Assembly: GCA_000004985.1 (NCBI GenBank)
Contig: GG738848.1
Strand: one strand, 5' to 3'
Source of the DNA: Naegleria gruberi
Lineage: Eukaryota
DNA length: 64,000 nucleotides
Each line of letters opens with the position of its first letter. The first letter of the stretch is position 1. The notes beneath the pieces are model-generated. The model did no database searches. It saw only the letters and a list, made by a program, of their open reading frames with translations, and had not been told where the DNA came from. The position numbers were made by a program, and so were the translations under genes. Positions 33,786 through 45,034 of the stretch are shown here, piece after piece.

Positions 33786-34786
33786 CTTGATGTATGGAGT
33801 ATGAATCACCTATTAAAAATATATAATAATATTGTATGATGCGTGATGATAATCCGTTTACAGAAAAGACGATAAAGACTTGTCTGTGTCGCTGTTTTTT
33901 TACTATGATGAAATTAAGCGTTGTTGTTTTTGCCTTCCAATAATAAAAAGATTGTAATCGAAAGGCATGTAACAAAGATTCGGAACATATTGCGAGTTGT
34001 TTCTAGTTTAAAACTGAACAAAGATGACTCACCTAATATTATTGCAACTGTGGTTGAAAGATAATGGTGTAAATAAATATGAGAAGATGATTGTGCTTTC
34101 CGAAGGTGAGCTTTGCAATGAGGAAAAACTTTAACTGAGATTTTTTAAATCTGGACTGTAGATGGATTGTCGGTTTTTTCAAAATATTATATTGAGGCTC
34201 AAGTTGTGGTAATAATTCATTTTATGCAGGTTGGGCAAATGTGATGATTATAAACCCCGACTGAGCTTACTGTGTTTTCCCTCCAAGTAAGGTTCATGGA
34301 AACTTGAAGGTGAATACGACCTAGAAATTAGTTGCCTCATCAAATGGGTTGCACTCTATAATCCAAATCTCAAAATACAATTGAATAGATTAGATTATTA
34401 TCCAATTTTCTCTCAGGCCTGTTTCTACTTCTTACTGCTTGACAAAGAGATTCTTTGCTGCCTTGTCATCATTATTATCCTCACTCAAATTTTTAATACC
34501 CAACATTCCGAGCAGTGTAAGGAACAAGAAATCTTAAAATAGATCAAGAATAAACGTTTACTATCGATATTATCAATTAAAAAACAAAAAAAATCTATTC
34601 ACCACCACTCTTTTGTTGGATTGTGTGATTGACAAATTTTCTCTCAAACGTTCAAGTTGGATAATTCGTGTTTTTGGAAACAATTTATAGTAATATTACG
34701 AGACTATTTGTACGTTTTTTAATTCGACAACACTTGATATTGATTATCGGATTGTATTATTGGATTATAGTTGATTATAAATTACA

Positions 34787-36388
34787 ATGAAAGTAAATAT
34801 TAGATGCTCTAATGGTGATACTTTTGCCGTTAATGATGTTGATCTTAACCAAACTGTTGCTGAATTCAAACAAGTTGTTGCTGACCAATCACAAATTCCT
34901 GCCAGTGACCAACGTTTGATTTATAGAGGTAAGGTGTTGAAGGATCAAGCTACCCTGAAGAGTTATGGAGTTGAAGATGGTCTAACTGTTCACTTGGTGA
35001 GAGGAACACCAAAACCAGCAACAGCCACACCATCAACTACTACTACTAGTACAACAGCCACCACCACTCCTACAACCACCACAACTACAACACCAACTCC
35101 TACAACCACAACACCAACCACAAATACAACTACCTCTACACCAACCTCCACTCCATCAAATAATACTACAAACCAACAACAACAACAAAATCCATTTAAT
35201 ATGTTTGGAGGTATGGGAGGTATGGGTAATATGTTCGGAAATATGGGAAGTGGTGGAATGCCAAATATGGATCCAAATACAATGCAACAAATGATGAATA
35301 ATCCTATGGTTCAAAGCTTAATGAATAATCCTGATTTTATTCGTGAAATTATGGGCACTAATCCACAAATTCAAGAAATTATGAGAAATAATCCTGAAGT
35401 TGGAAGAATGCTCCAAGATCCTGAAATGATCAGAAGAGCTATGGAAATGTCAAGAAATCCTGAACTCATGAGAGAAATGATGAGAAATACTGATTTGGCA
35501 CTCAGCAATATTGAAAATCTTCCTGGTGGATTTGATGCTCTCAGAAGAATGTACAGTGATGTTCAAGAACCTCTTCATGAAGCCACTAGTGAAATGTTGA
35601 GACAACCAAATCAACCAAACACTACTCCAAATCAACCAACAAATAATGTTCCAAGTGGACAACCATTCAACATGTGGGGAAATAACCCACCACCAACAAC
35701 TGGAACTACTACTACCAACACAAATACAACTAGTAATAATAACACTACCACTGGTACTAATCAAAATACTAATCCATTCTCAATGTTTGGAAATATGGGA
35801 GGAATGGGAGGTATGGGAGGAATGGGTGGAATGCCAAATATAAACCCACAACAAGCCCAACAAATGATGAATAATCCATTCATGCAACAAATGATGCAAC
35901 AAATGCTCTCAGATCCTAACACATTGGATCAATTGATTGGTTCTAATCCAATGCTTCAACAAATGTCACAACAAAATCCAATGCTGAGAACCATGTTGGG
36001 TAATCCACAATTTATTCAACAAGTCATGCAATTGCAAGGGTTATTAAATCAAAATCAACCTCCAAATACAACCACTAATACTGGTACAACGCCAACTGGT
36101 ACACCTAATCCATTTGAAAATTTGCAACAAATGATGCAAGGAATGAATTTGGGAGGAAATACAGGAGGTCAAAATCCATTTGCCATGTTTGGTAATCCAT
36201 TTATGGCACCTCAACAACAAACAAACCAACAACCACCTAGAGAACGTTTTGCTACTCAACTGACTCAACTTCAAGAAATGGGCTTTTTCGATGAACAATC
36301 AAACATTGAAGCTTTACTTGTGGCTAATGGTAATGTAAATGCAGCAATTGAATATCTCCTTTCCAATCCTCCTCCAAGCAGAAACTAA
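34787..36388 (+). CDS. Ubiquilin (Dsk2-like): N-terminal UBL, STI1-like Met/Asn-rich repeats, C-terminal UBA (533 aa)
   Basis: ATG verified. UBL MKVNIRCSNGDTFAVNDVDL...LIYRGKVLKDQATLKSYGVEDGLTVHLV. Long Thr/Pro/Asn linker. Repeated NPxxMQxMMxNP and GGMGGMG motifs. UBA FATQLTQLQEMGFFDEQSNIEALLVANGNVNAAIEYLL. TAA stop. Confidence 0.85.
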   Translation: MKVNIRCSNGDTFAVNDVDLNQTVAEFKQVVADQSQIPASDQRLIYRGKVLKDQATLKSYGVEDGLTVHLVRGTPKPATATPSTTTTSTTATTTPTTTTTTTPTPTTTTPTTNTTTSTPTSTPSNNTTNQQQQQNPFNMFGGMGGMGNMFGNMGSGGMPNMDPNTMQQMMNNPMVQSLMNNPDFIREIMGTNPQIQEIMRNNPEVGRMLQDPEMIRRAMEMSRNPELMREMMRNTDLALSNIENLPGGFDALRRMYSDVQEPLHEATSEMLRQPNQPNTTPNQPTNNVPSGQPFNMWGNNPPPTTGTTTTNTNTTSNNNTTTGTNQNTNPFSMFGNMGGMGGMGGMGGMPNINPQQAQQMMNNPFMQQMMQQMLSDPNTLDQLIGSNPMLQQMSQQNPMLRTMLGNPQFIQQVMQLQGLLNQNQPPNTTTNTGTTPTGTPNPFENLQQMMQGMNLGGNTGGQNPFAMFGNPFMAPQQQTNQQPPRERFATQLTQLQEMGFFDEQSNIEALLVANGNVNAAIEYLLSNPPPSRN

Positions 36389-36977
36389 TTGTAAACTTAT
36401 CTTGTTCAATAATAAAATTAAAAATATTTGTAAAATAAGATGTGAATAAATGAAAGATTTAGTGAAGACATCAAATTGTAATATTTATTAAAGTTCTTGT
36501 ATCGTAAAGACTTAGAGACGAAATGAACTAATAAACATATATGTTAAATAGAATGAAAAAAAACATTGTTTCAAATAATTAGAAACTCATTCAGTGATTT
36601 TGAAAACACTTCAACATATTCACCAAATAAGGAAGCTTTCAAATTAATTAACAGTTATTTTATTAAGATATTAAGGGATATTCAATATGAATACTAATCA
36701 CTGAATTTTACAATGATCATGATGGAAGTTGTGAACATTATTGTTGGGATGATTGTTTGTTAGAAGGATATGGTTCATGGTCAGCATATTGGCTTTCTGG
36801 TGCAGAGTGGTGGGGATGCTATTCACTAACTTCATACGATTTCATTAAGGAGAGATTTGTTGTGGCCATTGCTTCTACTAGTGATTAAAAGTTTTTTAAA
36901 AGTTTGCATGGAAGAGAATGAAGGGTGTATAAAATTGGGATGCTTAGTAATAAATCTTGTCTGTCCATTATTAAAAA

Positions 36978-37098
36978 GACTACAGCACCACAGGTTCCCA
37001 AGTTGTCTCCAACCTCAGTACTGATGTGGCTCGAAGATGCTTAACTTCTCAAATCGGACGGGATGAGGTGCATTCATCGTGATATGGCCGTAGCCAAC
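36978..37098 (-). rRNA. 5S ribosomal RNA gene (dispersed, single copy in window)
   Basis: Minus-strand sequence GTTGGCTACGGCCATATCACGATGAATGCACCTCATCCCGTCCGATTTGAGAAGTTAAGCATCTTCGAGCCACATCAGTACTGAGGTTGGAGACAACTTGGGAACCTGTGGTGCTGTAGTC matches conserved 5S blocks (GCGGCCATA..GCACC..CCCGTCCGAT..AGTTAAGC..GAGCC..AGTACT..GGAGAC..GGGAA.C..GGTGCTGTAG). It is followed by a TTTTT Pol III terminator. End coordinates are +/-3. Confidence 0.85.
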
Positions 37099-37183
37099 AA
37101 TATTCCTTTAATCTTTAATATTAAGGTAACATTAGCCTAATCATGATTAGATAAAGGTTTAGTATTCTGAATAAATAATTTAA

Positions 37184-38213
37184 TTAAAACTTTCTATTGA
37201 TAATCCAATTCTTATACATGTGACCTGCCACAACCTTAATTTGATGATAGAATGAATAAAAATCCAATGTTGTAAAAAGTGCAGAAACGAAAGGATACAT
37301 GGCTCCACCAATAACACCAGGGAAACCTCGTCCATATTCCATCATGTAAGTATGAGGTTGAGATCTGTATGTACAAGCTTCAAATCTTGGCAAGAATGTC
37401 ATATCACCTGGTGTATAATGCAATCCTCTAATATTACCTGGTGTATAAGTTTCGTGATGTCCTGAAATTATATAATCATAAACATCCATCATGTATCTTC
37501 CTGAAAATCCTCCAGCTCCAACAGGTGATCCATAAAGCTGTTTCGAATAAAAAATTATTAAAATTTTGGTTTGGTTAACATACCAAAATATATTCAGTAA
37601 AGGAAAAGTGGAAAATTGCAATTTGTCCAAGAGCTCCCTGTTAATATTATTCACAATAAATAGATTAAATTTGATAATAAAATTACAATAAATTATCCTA
37701 AATCAATTTAAAACTTACTCCACACATATTAAACATCCATTGTTCCTTCATCTTTTTCGAATCAAAAAAGTCCATACTCTTCATGTCTGCACAATATTTT
37801 GGATACTTTTCATGTAATTGTCTCAAAATTTCCTCACATCTCAACTCGAAAATTGCATTTGGATTCTCAGCAGGCTCATTAAACTTTCCATCCATATCAG
37901 GAGTTTCTCGTGTCCATTTTCTTTCTTTGCAACCATCATATTTCAATGTACAAACTGTTGTTTCATCAGAGTGATTTATCTTCATTTCTCCAACTTGGTC
38001 AACTTTGAAATTATCTGGGTACTTTTTGACAGCACTTTTCACAATCTTGTCCAATTCCTTCGGATCAAACACAAATTGTGAAGCAAACAATTTTTCAAAG
38101 AACTTATTCTTGGCAGCCACGTAAAAGAAGAGGAATGTGGCCACGCAAGTGGTGAGGATAAGTGTGAGTGACATTTTTTTGTTGTGAAAAAGATTCTTGA
38201 TGTGGTTGGGCAT
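37184..38213 (-). CDS. Hypothetical secreted/type-II membrane protein, Cys- and His-containing (2 exons: 38213..37719 and about 37537..37184)
   Basis: ATG at 38213 verified. Signal-anchor MSLTLILTTCVATFLFFYVAAK. Exon 1 ends ...WMFNMCG|gtaagt. About 180-nt intron to aaacag|CTTTATGGATCACCTGTTGGAGCTGG, which continues ORF 37184..37654 (...HHETYTPGNIRGLHYTPGD...). No family recognised. Confidence 0.5.
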
Positions 38214-38793
38214 GCAGCAATCATTGATTTACAGTTTCGATAGGATTCGTATTCCGATGAGTACTTCCTGTAGTTAAGTGCTCGGTATTAACATTGTTAA
38301 GGTATGATGTCAAGTTACTTTCGACTAATTTTGTTTTCCTACTATTACAAAGCTGTATTCAATAGGAATCATGAAGTAGATTATAAGCTTTTTTCATCAT
38401 CCAGACGATGAATATTAAATTTCACATCAAATAGTCACTCGCTAATTCATCTAGCTTCCTTATCCATCTAATCTCCAACTTCTTGCAATGATCATTTCTT
38501 CCTTCGCTATGTGTTATCAATTCTCCATTTTTTTTGTAAATTTGAAAACAAATATTGGCGGCAAAGTCATCAAGGCACCAATTTAGAAATTAAGTAATGG
38601 CTAAAAAAGTTCCCGTTCAACATCCAAATAATAATAATAATTTTTTAATATATTCAGAAAAAAAAAGACAAGACACAGACTTGCAATTTTTTGTAAAGTA
38701 CGTCTCTGATAATTCGTAGGACTTGTTTTTTAACATTTATACAATATTTCTTATCTACTATTGAAAACAGATAACAACAACAATACATTTAAA

Positions 38794-39492
38794 ATGATTA
38801 GAAGAGGATTAAATTTATTGATTAGTCATCAATCATCATCATCTTTAATACAACAACAACAATACATTAAAAGATTTGCTAGTGTAGCTGCCTCTAAACT
38901 TGCAAATTCATTCTATGAATTAAAGGCTCAAGATATCAAAGGAAAAGTAACAGAATTTAAATCATTTGAAGGAAAAGTTTGTTTAATTGTCAATGTTGAT
39001 GAAGATGAATTGATCAGAATGAAGGTCAAGCATCAAATTACACATCCAGAAGAATTTAAACAATTGATGGAACTCAGAGAATTAATTCACAAGTTTGAAA
39101 ATAAGGAATTTTCTATTATTGCCTTCCCAACAAGGGAAGCTGAAGTTACCCATGAACATGTTGCTCCAGAATATACTCTTGATGATGTTTTATTGGATAA
39201 TGACAAAAAAGCTTCAAAAATTATCGGAAAGGATGTTTTCACAGTAATGAGACCTGTTCACTTGAACACAATGAAGGAACACCAAGTTTATGCCTATTTG
39301 AAGTATCAAGCTGAAGAATTAGAAAAGAAGATTGTTAAACATCCAGAAGAATTGAAGGGTGAAGATATTTCAATCAATGAAATGTTTACCAAGTTTTTGA
39401 TTAATAGAAAGGGAGAAGTTGTTGCAAGATTCGGAAAGAATGTTGAACCACAACAATTGGCCTTCTTGATTGAACAATTATTAAAGGAATAA
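38794..39492 (+). CDS. Glutathione-peroxidase-family protein lacking the catalytic Cys/Sec, with mitochondrial-type presequence (pseudo-peroxidase)
   Basis: Tool start at 38761 is TTG; first ATG (MIRRGLNLLISHQ...) is at about 38794. GPx fold signatures: SFYELKAQDIKGKVTEFKSFEGKVCLIVNV..., ...FSIIAFP..., C-terminal KFLINRKGEVVARFGKNVEPQQL. The VASxCG active-site stretch is replaced by VDEDELIRMKVKHQ, and the conserved Q (NQF) and W (WNFEKF) positions are TREA and NEMFTKF. Confidence 0.65.
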   Translation: MIRRGLNLLISHQSSSSLIQQQQYIKRFASVAASKLANSFYELKAQDIKGKVTEFKSFEGKVCLIVNVDEDELIRMKVKHQITHPEEFKQLMELRELIHKFENKEFSIIAFPTREAEVTHEHVAPEYTLDDVLLDNDKKASKIIGKDVFTVMRPVHLNTMKEHQVYAYLKYQAEELEKKIVKHPEELKGEDISINEMFTKFLINRKGEVVARFGKNVEPQQLAFLIEQLLKE

Positions 39493-39581
39493 ATTTATTA
39501 TTATTTATTTAATTATTAAACAATTACTACTCATTAAAATGTGAAATAGGTTTCAATTTTGATGGGTGAAATTTAATGTTG

Positions 39582-40479
39582 TTACAATTCAAAGACAGTA
39601 TCTTCTTTGTACATGTTATCTGGATCAGTACCTTCAAAAGCAGCTGAAATATAACCCAATTGATTACTCGATATTGGAATTCCATTAAAATTTTGATTTG
39701 AACTATAGTGGGTATGTCCAAAAATCCAATACTTTACAGGATCTTTACATAATTGACTCAAATCTGAGGAGAATGCATGGTTACACAACTTGGTATATTC
39801 ATCCAAATCATCTTTTTCATAAGTTGGTGAACTAACCCCTTTCAATAATGGAGCATGATGAGTGACAATGACAACATTTTTTCCTTGATGCTTTTCCAAT
39901 TCTTCAGTAAGCCATTTCACTGATTGTTCATAAATATTGGCAGTATCATCCACAACTAACTTTCTCTTCTTTTCATTTTCCATAATACTTATCATTTCAT
40001 AATCATTCATGGACTTTCGAATATTTTCATTCAACAATTTCATAATCTCTGTAAAAACTCACCTCTTGAACGACCACTCTAGCCCCCAATGGTACATGAC
40101 TCCACAACAAACATCCAATAAACACAACCTTAACTCCATCAATTTCCACCTCAACCGATCTCTGTTCCAGAAAATGCACATTCTCAAACTCTGCACTCAC
40201 ACTCTCCATTTGCTTCATCACTGTCCAATATTCATTATTATAACACTCATGATTACCAGCCACTACAATTACAATTCTATACTTTTCCGAACACTTCTTT
40301 AGAAAATCCCGATAACTATCCTTCATTGGATTTCCAATATCTCCCGCCAAAACTAAAACTTCTCGTGATGAAGATTTTTCTAGAATGGAGTTTCCGAATT
40401 TGCTCTTGTACTGACTCTCAAAATCATCCAGGTTTCGAAAGTGCTCAATGTGAAGATCACTCATGTATTGAATTTTCAT
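39582..40479 (-). CDS. Calcineurin-like metallophosphoesterase (about 282 aa; exons 40479..40063 and 40013..39582)
   Basis: ATG verified. MPP motifs SDLH (DxH), AGDIGN (GDxxD/N), AGNHE (GNHE), VTHH, GHTH. The two tool ORFs overlap in different frames. Donor ...VVQE|gtgagt and acceptor cgaaag|TCCATGAATG (49-nt intron) join them in frame. An alternative 14-nt 'intron' was rejected as too short. Confidence 0.7.
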
Positions 40480-40680
40480 TTTTTTTATTTTAAAAATCTT
40501 TGCAATATTTGGAAGTTTGAACTTGGTTTACAACACTTTTGTGAGAAACCATAAATGCAAATACGAAACTGAATCCATTATCCTTACAAATTGAAAGACA
40601 ATTTTAACAAGTTAACCATTATTTTTCAAATAATATATCATTATATTTCCATTTTAAGAATAATAAATTTATTAAAAAAA

Positions 40681-42171
40681 ATGAAAAGATCTCTAACAGA
40701 AGAAGTCACTTCCTCACCCACAACTTCCAAGCAAGCAAAATACAATCACGATGAAAAAATTGGAAAATACAAAAATGTTTTTTGCCCTGATGTGTTGAGT
40801 GTCATATTTTCATTCATTCCGGTCATGGATGAAACCTTACTTTCCATAAAATTAGTCTGCCATCTGTGGTATGATAGTTTGAAAGGAGAATTCAGACACA
40901 ATTTGATTCATTCGATTACTGATTATTTGCAAAGTCAATTTGAACTTGATGATGATAGAGAAACCATGACAAGATTGTTGGTTTTGGTAAAGCAGTGGTT
41001 GGGAGCAAGACAATACACAATTAATTTGTTGCAAGAAACTGGTGTGGAAATGGATAAATGTGTACAGAAATTATACAAGAAGAAGAGTTTTCCAAATATT
41101 CAAGTCTTGGCATATGATTCAATAGAGGAATATGAGGATTTTGTGGTGTTGCTTGTTCATTTAGACGCGGACGTTTATATGAAAATGACAATTCTTTACT
41201 CAACTGCTGAGGATTGTTTTACATATGTTGATGTTTTTGGAAATTATGATTGGAAAACTAAATTGAATATTGATCCTTCAATTAAGAGGAATACAGTATT
41301 CAAAATGAATCCTAGTGATGACATGTTTATTACATCTTATGAAATGAATAGAGAGTTTTTCACTTCGCTATGTGAATTACTGGAAATTACTGGAATATCA
41401 GAAAAAGACCTACTGTTCAATATCTTGTGGGGTCCAAGAACTGAATATAGAAGTGTTGAAGGAGGTGATATACCAATCAAAGATGTAGAATTTGAAAAGA
41501 ATGTTGAGATTTCAGACGAAAGAATGAACTATTTATATGAACGATTCAACTTGAAATTATTGAACGAGCCTGAGGTTATTAAAATGGCTTGGAGAAATGC
41601 CACAAAGGCATTTACATCTGTCATGGAGAAGAAACTAACTAGTAGAGAAACTATTCCAGAAATACTAGTCTCGAACGTTACAGGAAGTTTCTGTTCATTC
41701 GATTTGACAGCTAATCCCAGAAGATGTGTGGAATCAACATTTGATTTGCTATATAAGGGTCATGAATTTGAAGTTACCTTTTTCCTTGTTCAAAGCTTCT
41801 TCTATGGTCATGATTCTATGGATGAACCTCCAAGGTTTGAGTGCAAATCCAAAACGAATGGTTCCATCTTTGAGTTTATGTGCTATGTAGACGATTCTTA
41901 TCTTCATTTTGATGAAATGCCTTTTCATCAAATGGTGCCACCAGATATTCCAAAAACATACCACACCTTTAAGGAATACAAACCAGATCTACTCTGTATT
42001 TTTTCTCAGTGGTTAGAGTTGGTTCCTAGATATCATTTATTGAGTGGCAGTGCTACTCTATTTATTGAGGATGATAACTCTCTGAAATTCCTAATTGATC
42101 ACAATAATAATAGATGGCATCAAGGAGAAGTAGATAGGATTGAGGAAACTAAATGTGATGATGAGTATTAA
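40681..42171 (+). CDS. F-box-like domain protein, otherwise uncharacterised (about 496 aa)
   Basis: Tool start at 40591 is TTG; first ATG (aaaaaaaATGaaaagatct) is at 40681. F-box-like YKNVFCPDVLSVIFSFIPVMDETLLSIKLVCHLWYDSLK. Remainder has no recognised domain. Confidence 0.5.
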   Translation: MKRSLTEEVTSSPTTSKQAKYNHDEKIGKYKNVFCPDVLSVIFSFIPVMDETLLSIKLVCHLWYDSLKGEFRHNLIHSITDYLQSQFELDDDRETMTRLLVLVKQWLGARQYTINLLQETGVEMDKCVQKLYKKKSFPNIQVLAYDSIEEYEDFVVLLVHLDADVYMKMTILYSTAEDCFTYVDVFGNYDWKTKLNIDPSIKRNTVFKMNPSDDMFITSYEMNREFFTSLCELLEITGISEKDLLFNILWGPRTEYRSVEGGDIPIKDVEFEKNVEISDERMNYLYERFNLKLLNEPEVIKMAWRNATKAFTSVMEKKLTSRETIPEILVSNVTGSFCSFDLTANPRRCVESTFDLLYKGHEFEVTFFLVQSFFYGHDSMDEPPRFECKSKTNGSIFEFMCYVDDSYLHFDEMPFHQMVPPDIPKTYHTFKEYKPDLLCIFSQWLELVPRYHLLSGSATLFIEDDNSLKFLIDHNNNRWHQGEVDRIEETKCDDEY

Positions 42172-42367
42172 CATTGATTCCCATTTCGAAAACAACTATG
42201 TACAACTATGTGAGTTTCTGTTTGGTTGAAAGAACCAGAATTGAGGAATAATTTGCTGTAAACGATTAACATTTGTGCGCGCAAGGATTAAATTACAAAT
42301 GCACATTTTTTTGACTTGATAAAATTGGCGCCAAAATAGCAAGTTCATTTTTCAAAATTGAAAAAAA

Positions 42368-43951
42368 ATGTTCCACTTGCTGGCAAATCTCGTCTTGTTG
42401 AATCGGATCATTCCCTCATTGATTTTCTTATCGGAATCAGTGTTGGGAATTTTAATCCCTCACCTCTATTATAAATATGTAAAGAAGGAAGAGTTGTCTA
42501 GGTTTTTCTATGCAGTGTTTATTATTCAGATCATATTTTCGAATGTTTATTGTAATTTTGTGGGGAATTTTCCAATATTTCCGTTTATTGTACATTGTTA
42601 TTTCAATTTGACTTGTATTGTGCATAATTGTGTGTTAATTCGTTGGCAAGAGTTGAAACCAAAGTGGTATTTGTACTTGATTAGTTTGCCTTCTGCTTGG
42701 TATTTGGGATATTCTGCTATTGGAACAGTTGTAGCAAGTCCAATTCTTATTATAACAACAAGTACATGGAGCGCAGGATTGCAAGATTATGTTCTTTCTT
42801 GGGCAAGGATGGATATTTTGGGATTGAATTTAATAGTATTGATTGTTTCAATTCATTCGTTTTATATTTCTTTGAAGAGTCCTACTTTTTGTAAGGAAGT
42901 TGTGCATTTGGATTTGACAGCCAATAGAGAGGATTGTGGCGATCAAGTTAAGGAGTTGGAATCAAAAATTGAGATACATCAAGATGAAAGCAAAATTTTA
43001 AGAGTTTTCCAATTGACTGGTAGGTTGATTTTTCAATGTAAAACTGAACTCAAACAATTCAGATGTACATTTGGGACCATTCATGTCCAAACAAAAACTC
43101 TTTACCTTATGTGAAAAAATTGCCAAGGATCCAAGAATTGATCTTGTACTGATTACTGGAGATATGGAAACGTGAGTATTTATTCTTTATTGGAATAATT
43201 AATTGTTTTTCATAGATTTGACTGTGCAGAAGATATGAATGGATTGAAGGAAGCTCTTACACCTCTAAAGGAAATTTCAAATAGAGTTGTGGCATGTTTG
43301 GGAAAGTATGTACATTTTATTCTTGATGAATGAATTAAAAAAACAAAATTAGTCACGATTATGAGGTTTATGAAAAGGTTAAGGAAGCATACAGAGAGAA
43401 TAACATTCCTTTACTGGAAGATGAGGAAATGCTTGTCACCATTCCTCGTTGGTCAAAACTATTGAACAAGACAGTTCAGGTTCAAGTGGTTGGTTCTCTC
43501 TTCTCTTACAATCACGATCAGGCAGCCAACATGACAGATGCTTTATTCAAAAAGTATCCAAGAAAGGCAGCCGATGTAAAGAGAATATTCCTCATTCACA
43601 ACCCAGCCATGTTATCTTGCATTCCTTTGGCTGATTCTTGTGATATTGTATTTTCTGGACATCTTCATGGAGGTCAGATCAGAGTGGGTTGGAAGAGAAG
43701 ATGGACAATTGTAAAGTTTGCTCAAAAATTGCTTAAATTACTGGGAAGAGAAAAGAGATTCTTCAGAGTGCCATTCCCAGATCAAGGCCTTTATGGAAGA
43801 GGTATGATACGGTTGTATAGTCATAGAGGAACTGGTCATTATGGTTTTCCATGTAAGTAGTGAGATTTGTGAAACTTGAAACATTGAATTTAATTAATCA
43901 GTGCGGATTGGAATTCCATCAGAACATTCTTTAATTCAATTATATTTTTAA
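42368..43951 (+). CDS. TMPPE-like transmembrane metallophosphoesterase (YkuE/YaeI family); 5 exons: 42368..43019, 43063..43171, 43216..43293, 43353..43852, 43902..43951
   Basis: ATG verified. Exon 1 encodes about five TM helices and ends ...KILRVFQLT(G/). Four tiny GT-AG introns (43, 44, 59, 49 nt). The spliced product gives motif I ...QLTDVHLGPF, motif II RIDLVLITGDMET, motif III VVACLGNHDY, then ...VFSGHLHGGQIRV...GTGHYGFP|LRIGIPSEHSLIQLYF* (YkuE-like C-terminus). Confidence 0.7.
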
Positions 43952-44378
43952 AAACATTGGCTTTCATATTGCAATTGGAGAGATTTATGAAGAATGGGAT
44001 TTTGACAACGGTTTATTATCAAGTTATGACCTAGAATATTCAACTAATGGATTATTATTTAGTGTTCAAATAAGTGTAATTCAATAGGTATTCCTTCGCT
44101 TTTTGATTTAGTGTTGATTGGTTTTTTTCGAAAAAAGATCAGAAACGCAACAACACTGGACTTTAGCGAGTTCTATATACTCCAACACCTTATTTTGGAA
44201 TGCCTATATTAGTATCAAGTTAAACGCACAGTAATGTTCACAGATGGAACAAGGTTACGACCACCCAAATAGTGCCACACAACCACCACTTCTACAGTAT
44301 TGCTTGTTTAACAAGGGCGTTAAAAGTACACACAACATTGTCTTAGTAACTGTAGTGCATTAATTTGAAAGAAAAAAT

Positions 44379-45034
44379 ATGACCAGTACAAAAGCTAAAG
44401 CTTCCTTAATTATTCTCAGGTAGGTTTGTGAATTTTTCACATTTCAATTCACCACCAAGGTTCATAGCTCTATCGGAATTGTTTCAGCTGCCACATTCTT
44501 GTTCAATCTCGGAATGGGAATTTGGGGATGTAAGTTTTCATATTATTAAAATATACTTAAATTTTAATAACATCAGTTGTTGTCCAAAGTGAAATTAAAT
44601 CTGAGAAGAATGATGAAAAGTGCTCAGCCTCTCTTGTGTCTGATTTGATGCTCACCTATTCAATTCTATTGATTATTTCTGCTGTTGGTGCAGTTTGTCA
44701 TTTCCTTGCTGCCAGTACTGACCAATGCTTATTCCACTTGAGTGAATCTTCTACTCCAAACAAAGCAAAACCATGCTATTCCCTCTCACAGTGTTGCTTC
44801 TCTGTTATTGGAGTTGCTGCTATTGGAGTTTTGATTGCCATGACTGTCTATCTCTATAAGGATTCATGTAAGGATTTGAGAGGGACAATGTATCAACTTG
44901 CAAGTCCCTATGTGATTACTCAATATGTTGCATTTTTCATTTTCAATTTGTGTTCTGTCTGTATCATGTCATGCATTCAATGTTGTGGTATTTTTGGAGT
45001 TACAATGTCTGACAGTAGATTTGAAAAGGTTTAA
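44379..45034 (+). CDS. Small Cys-rich multi-TM protein (about 186 aa; 3 exons: 44379..44419, 44468..44529, 44577..45034)
   Basis: aaaaaatATG start. Donors gtaggt and gtaagt, 48- and 47-nt introns, frames consistent with tool ORF 44636..45034 (whose 'M' is GTG). Three hydrophobic helices. CC, CCG and CxxC clusters. Family unknown. Confidence 0.4.

Noticed and set aside
36960-37100. Possible U4 snRNA (cgtagccaa similarity) or tRNA (ggttccca) on the plus strand
   Set aside because: The reverse complement is an unambiguous 5S rRNA; the partial matches are coincidental.
40027-40063. 14-nt 'intron' (gtgagtttttacag) joining the two metallophosphoesterase ORFs
   Set aside because: It is too short for a spliceosomal intron. 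A 49-nt GT...AG intron, the same size as others in the window, restores the frame equally well.
44379-45034. Tetraspanin call based on a CCG motif
   Set aside because: The CCG lies at the extreme C-terminus with no fourth TM helix after it. The length and topology do not fit tetraspanins.
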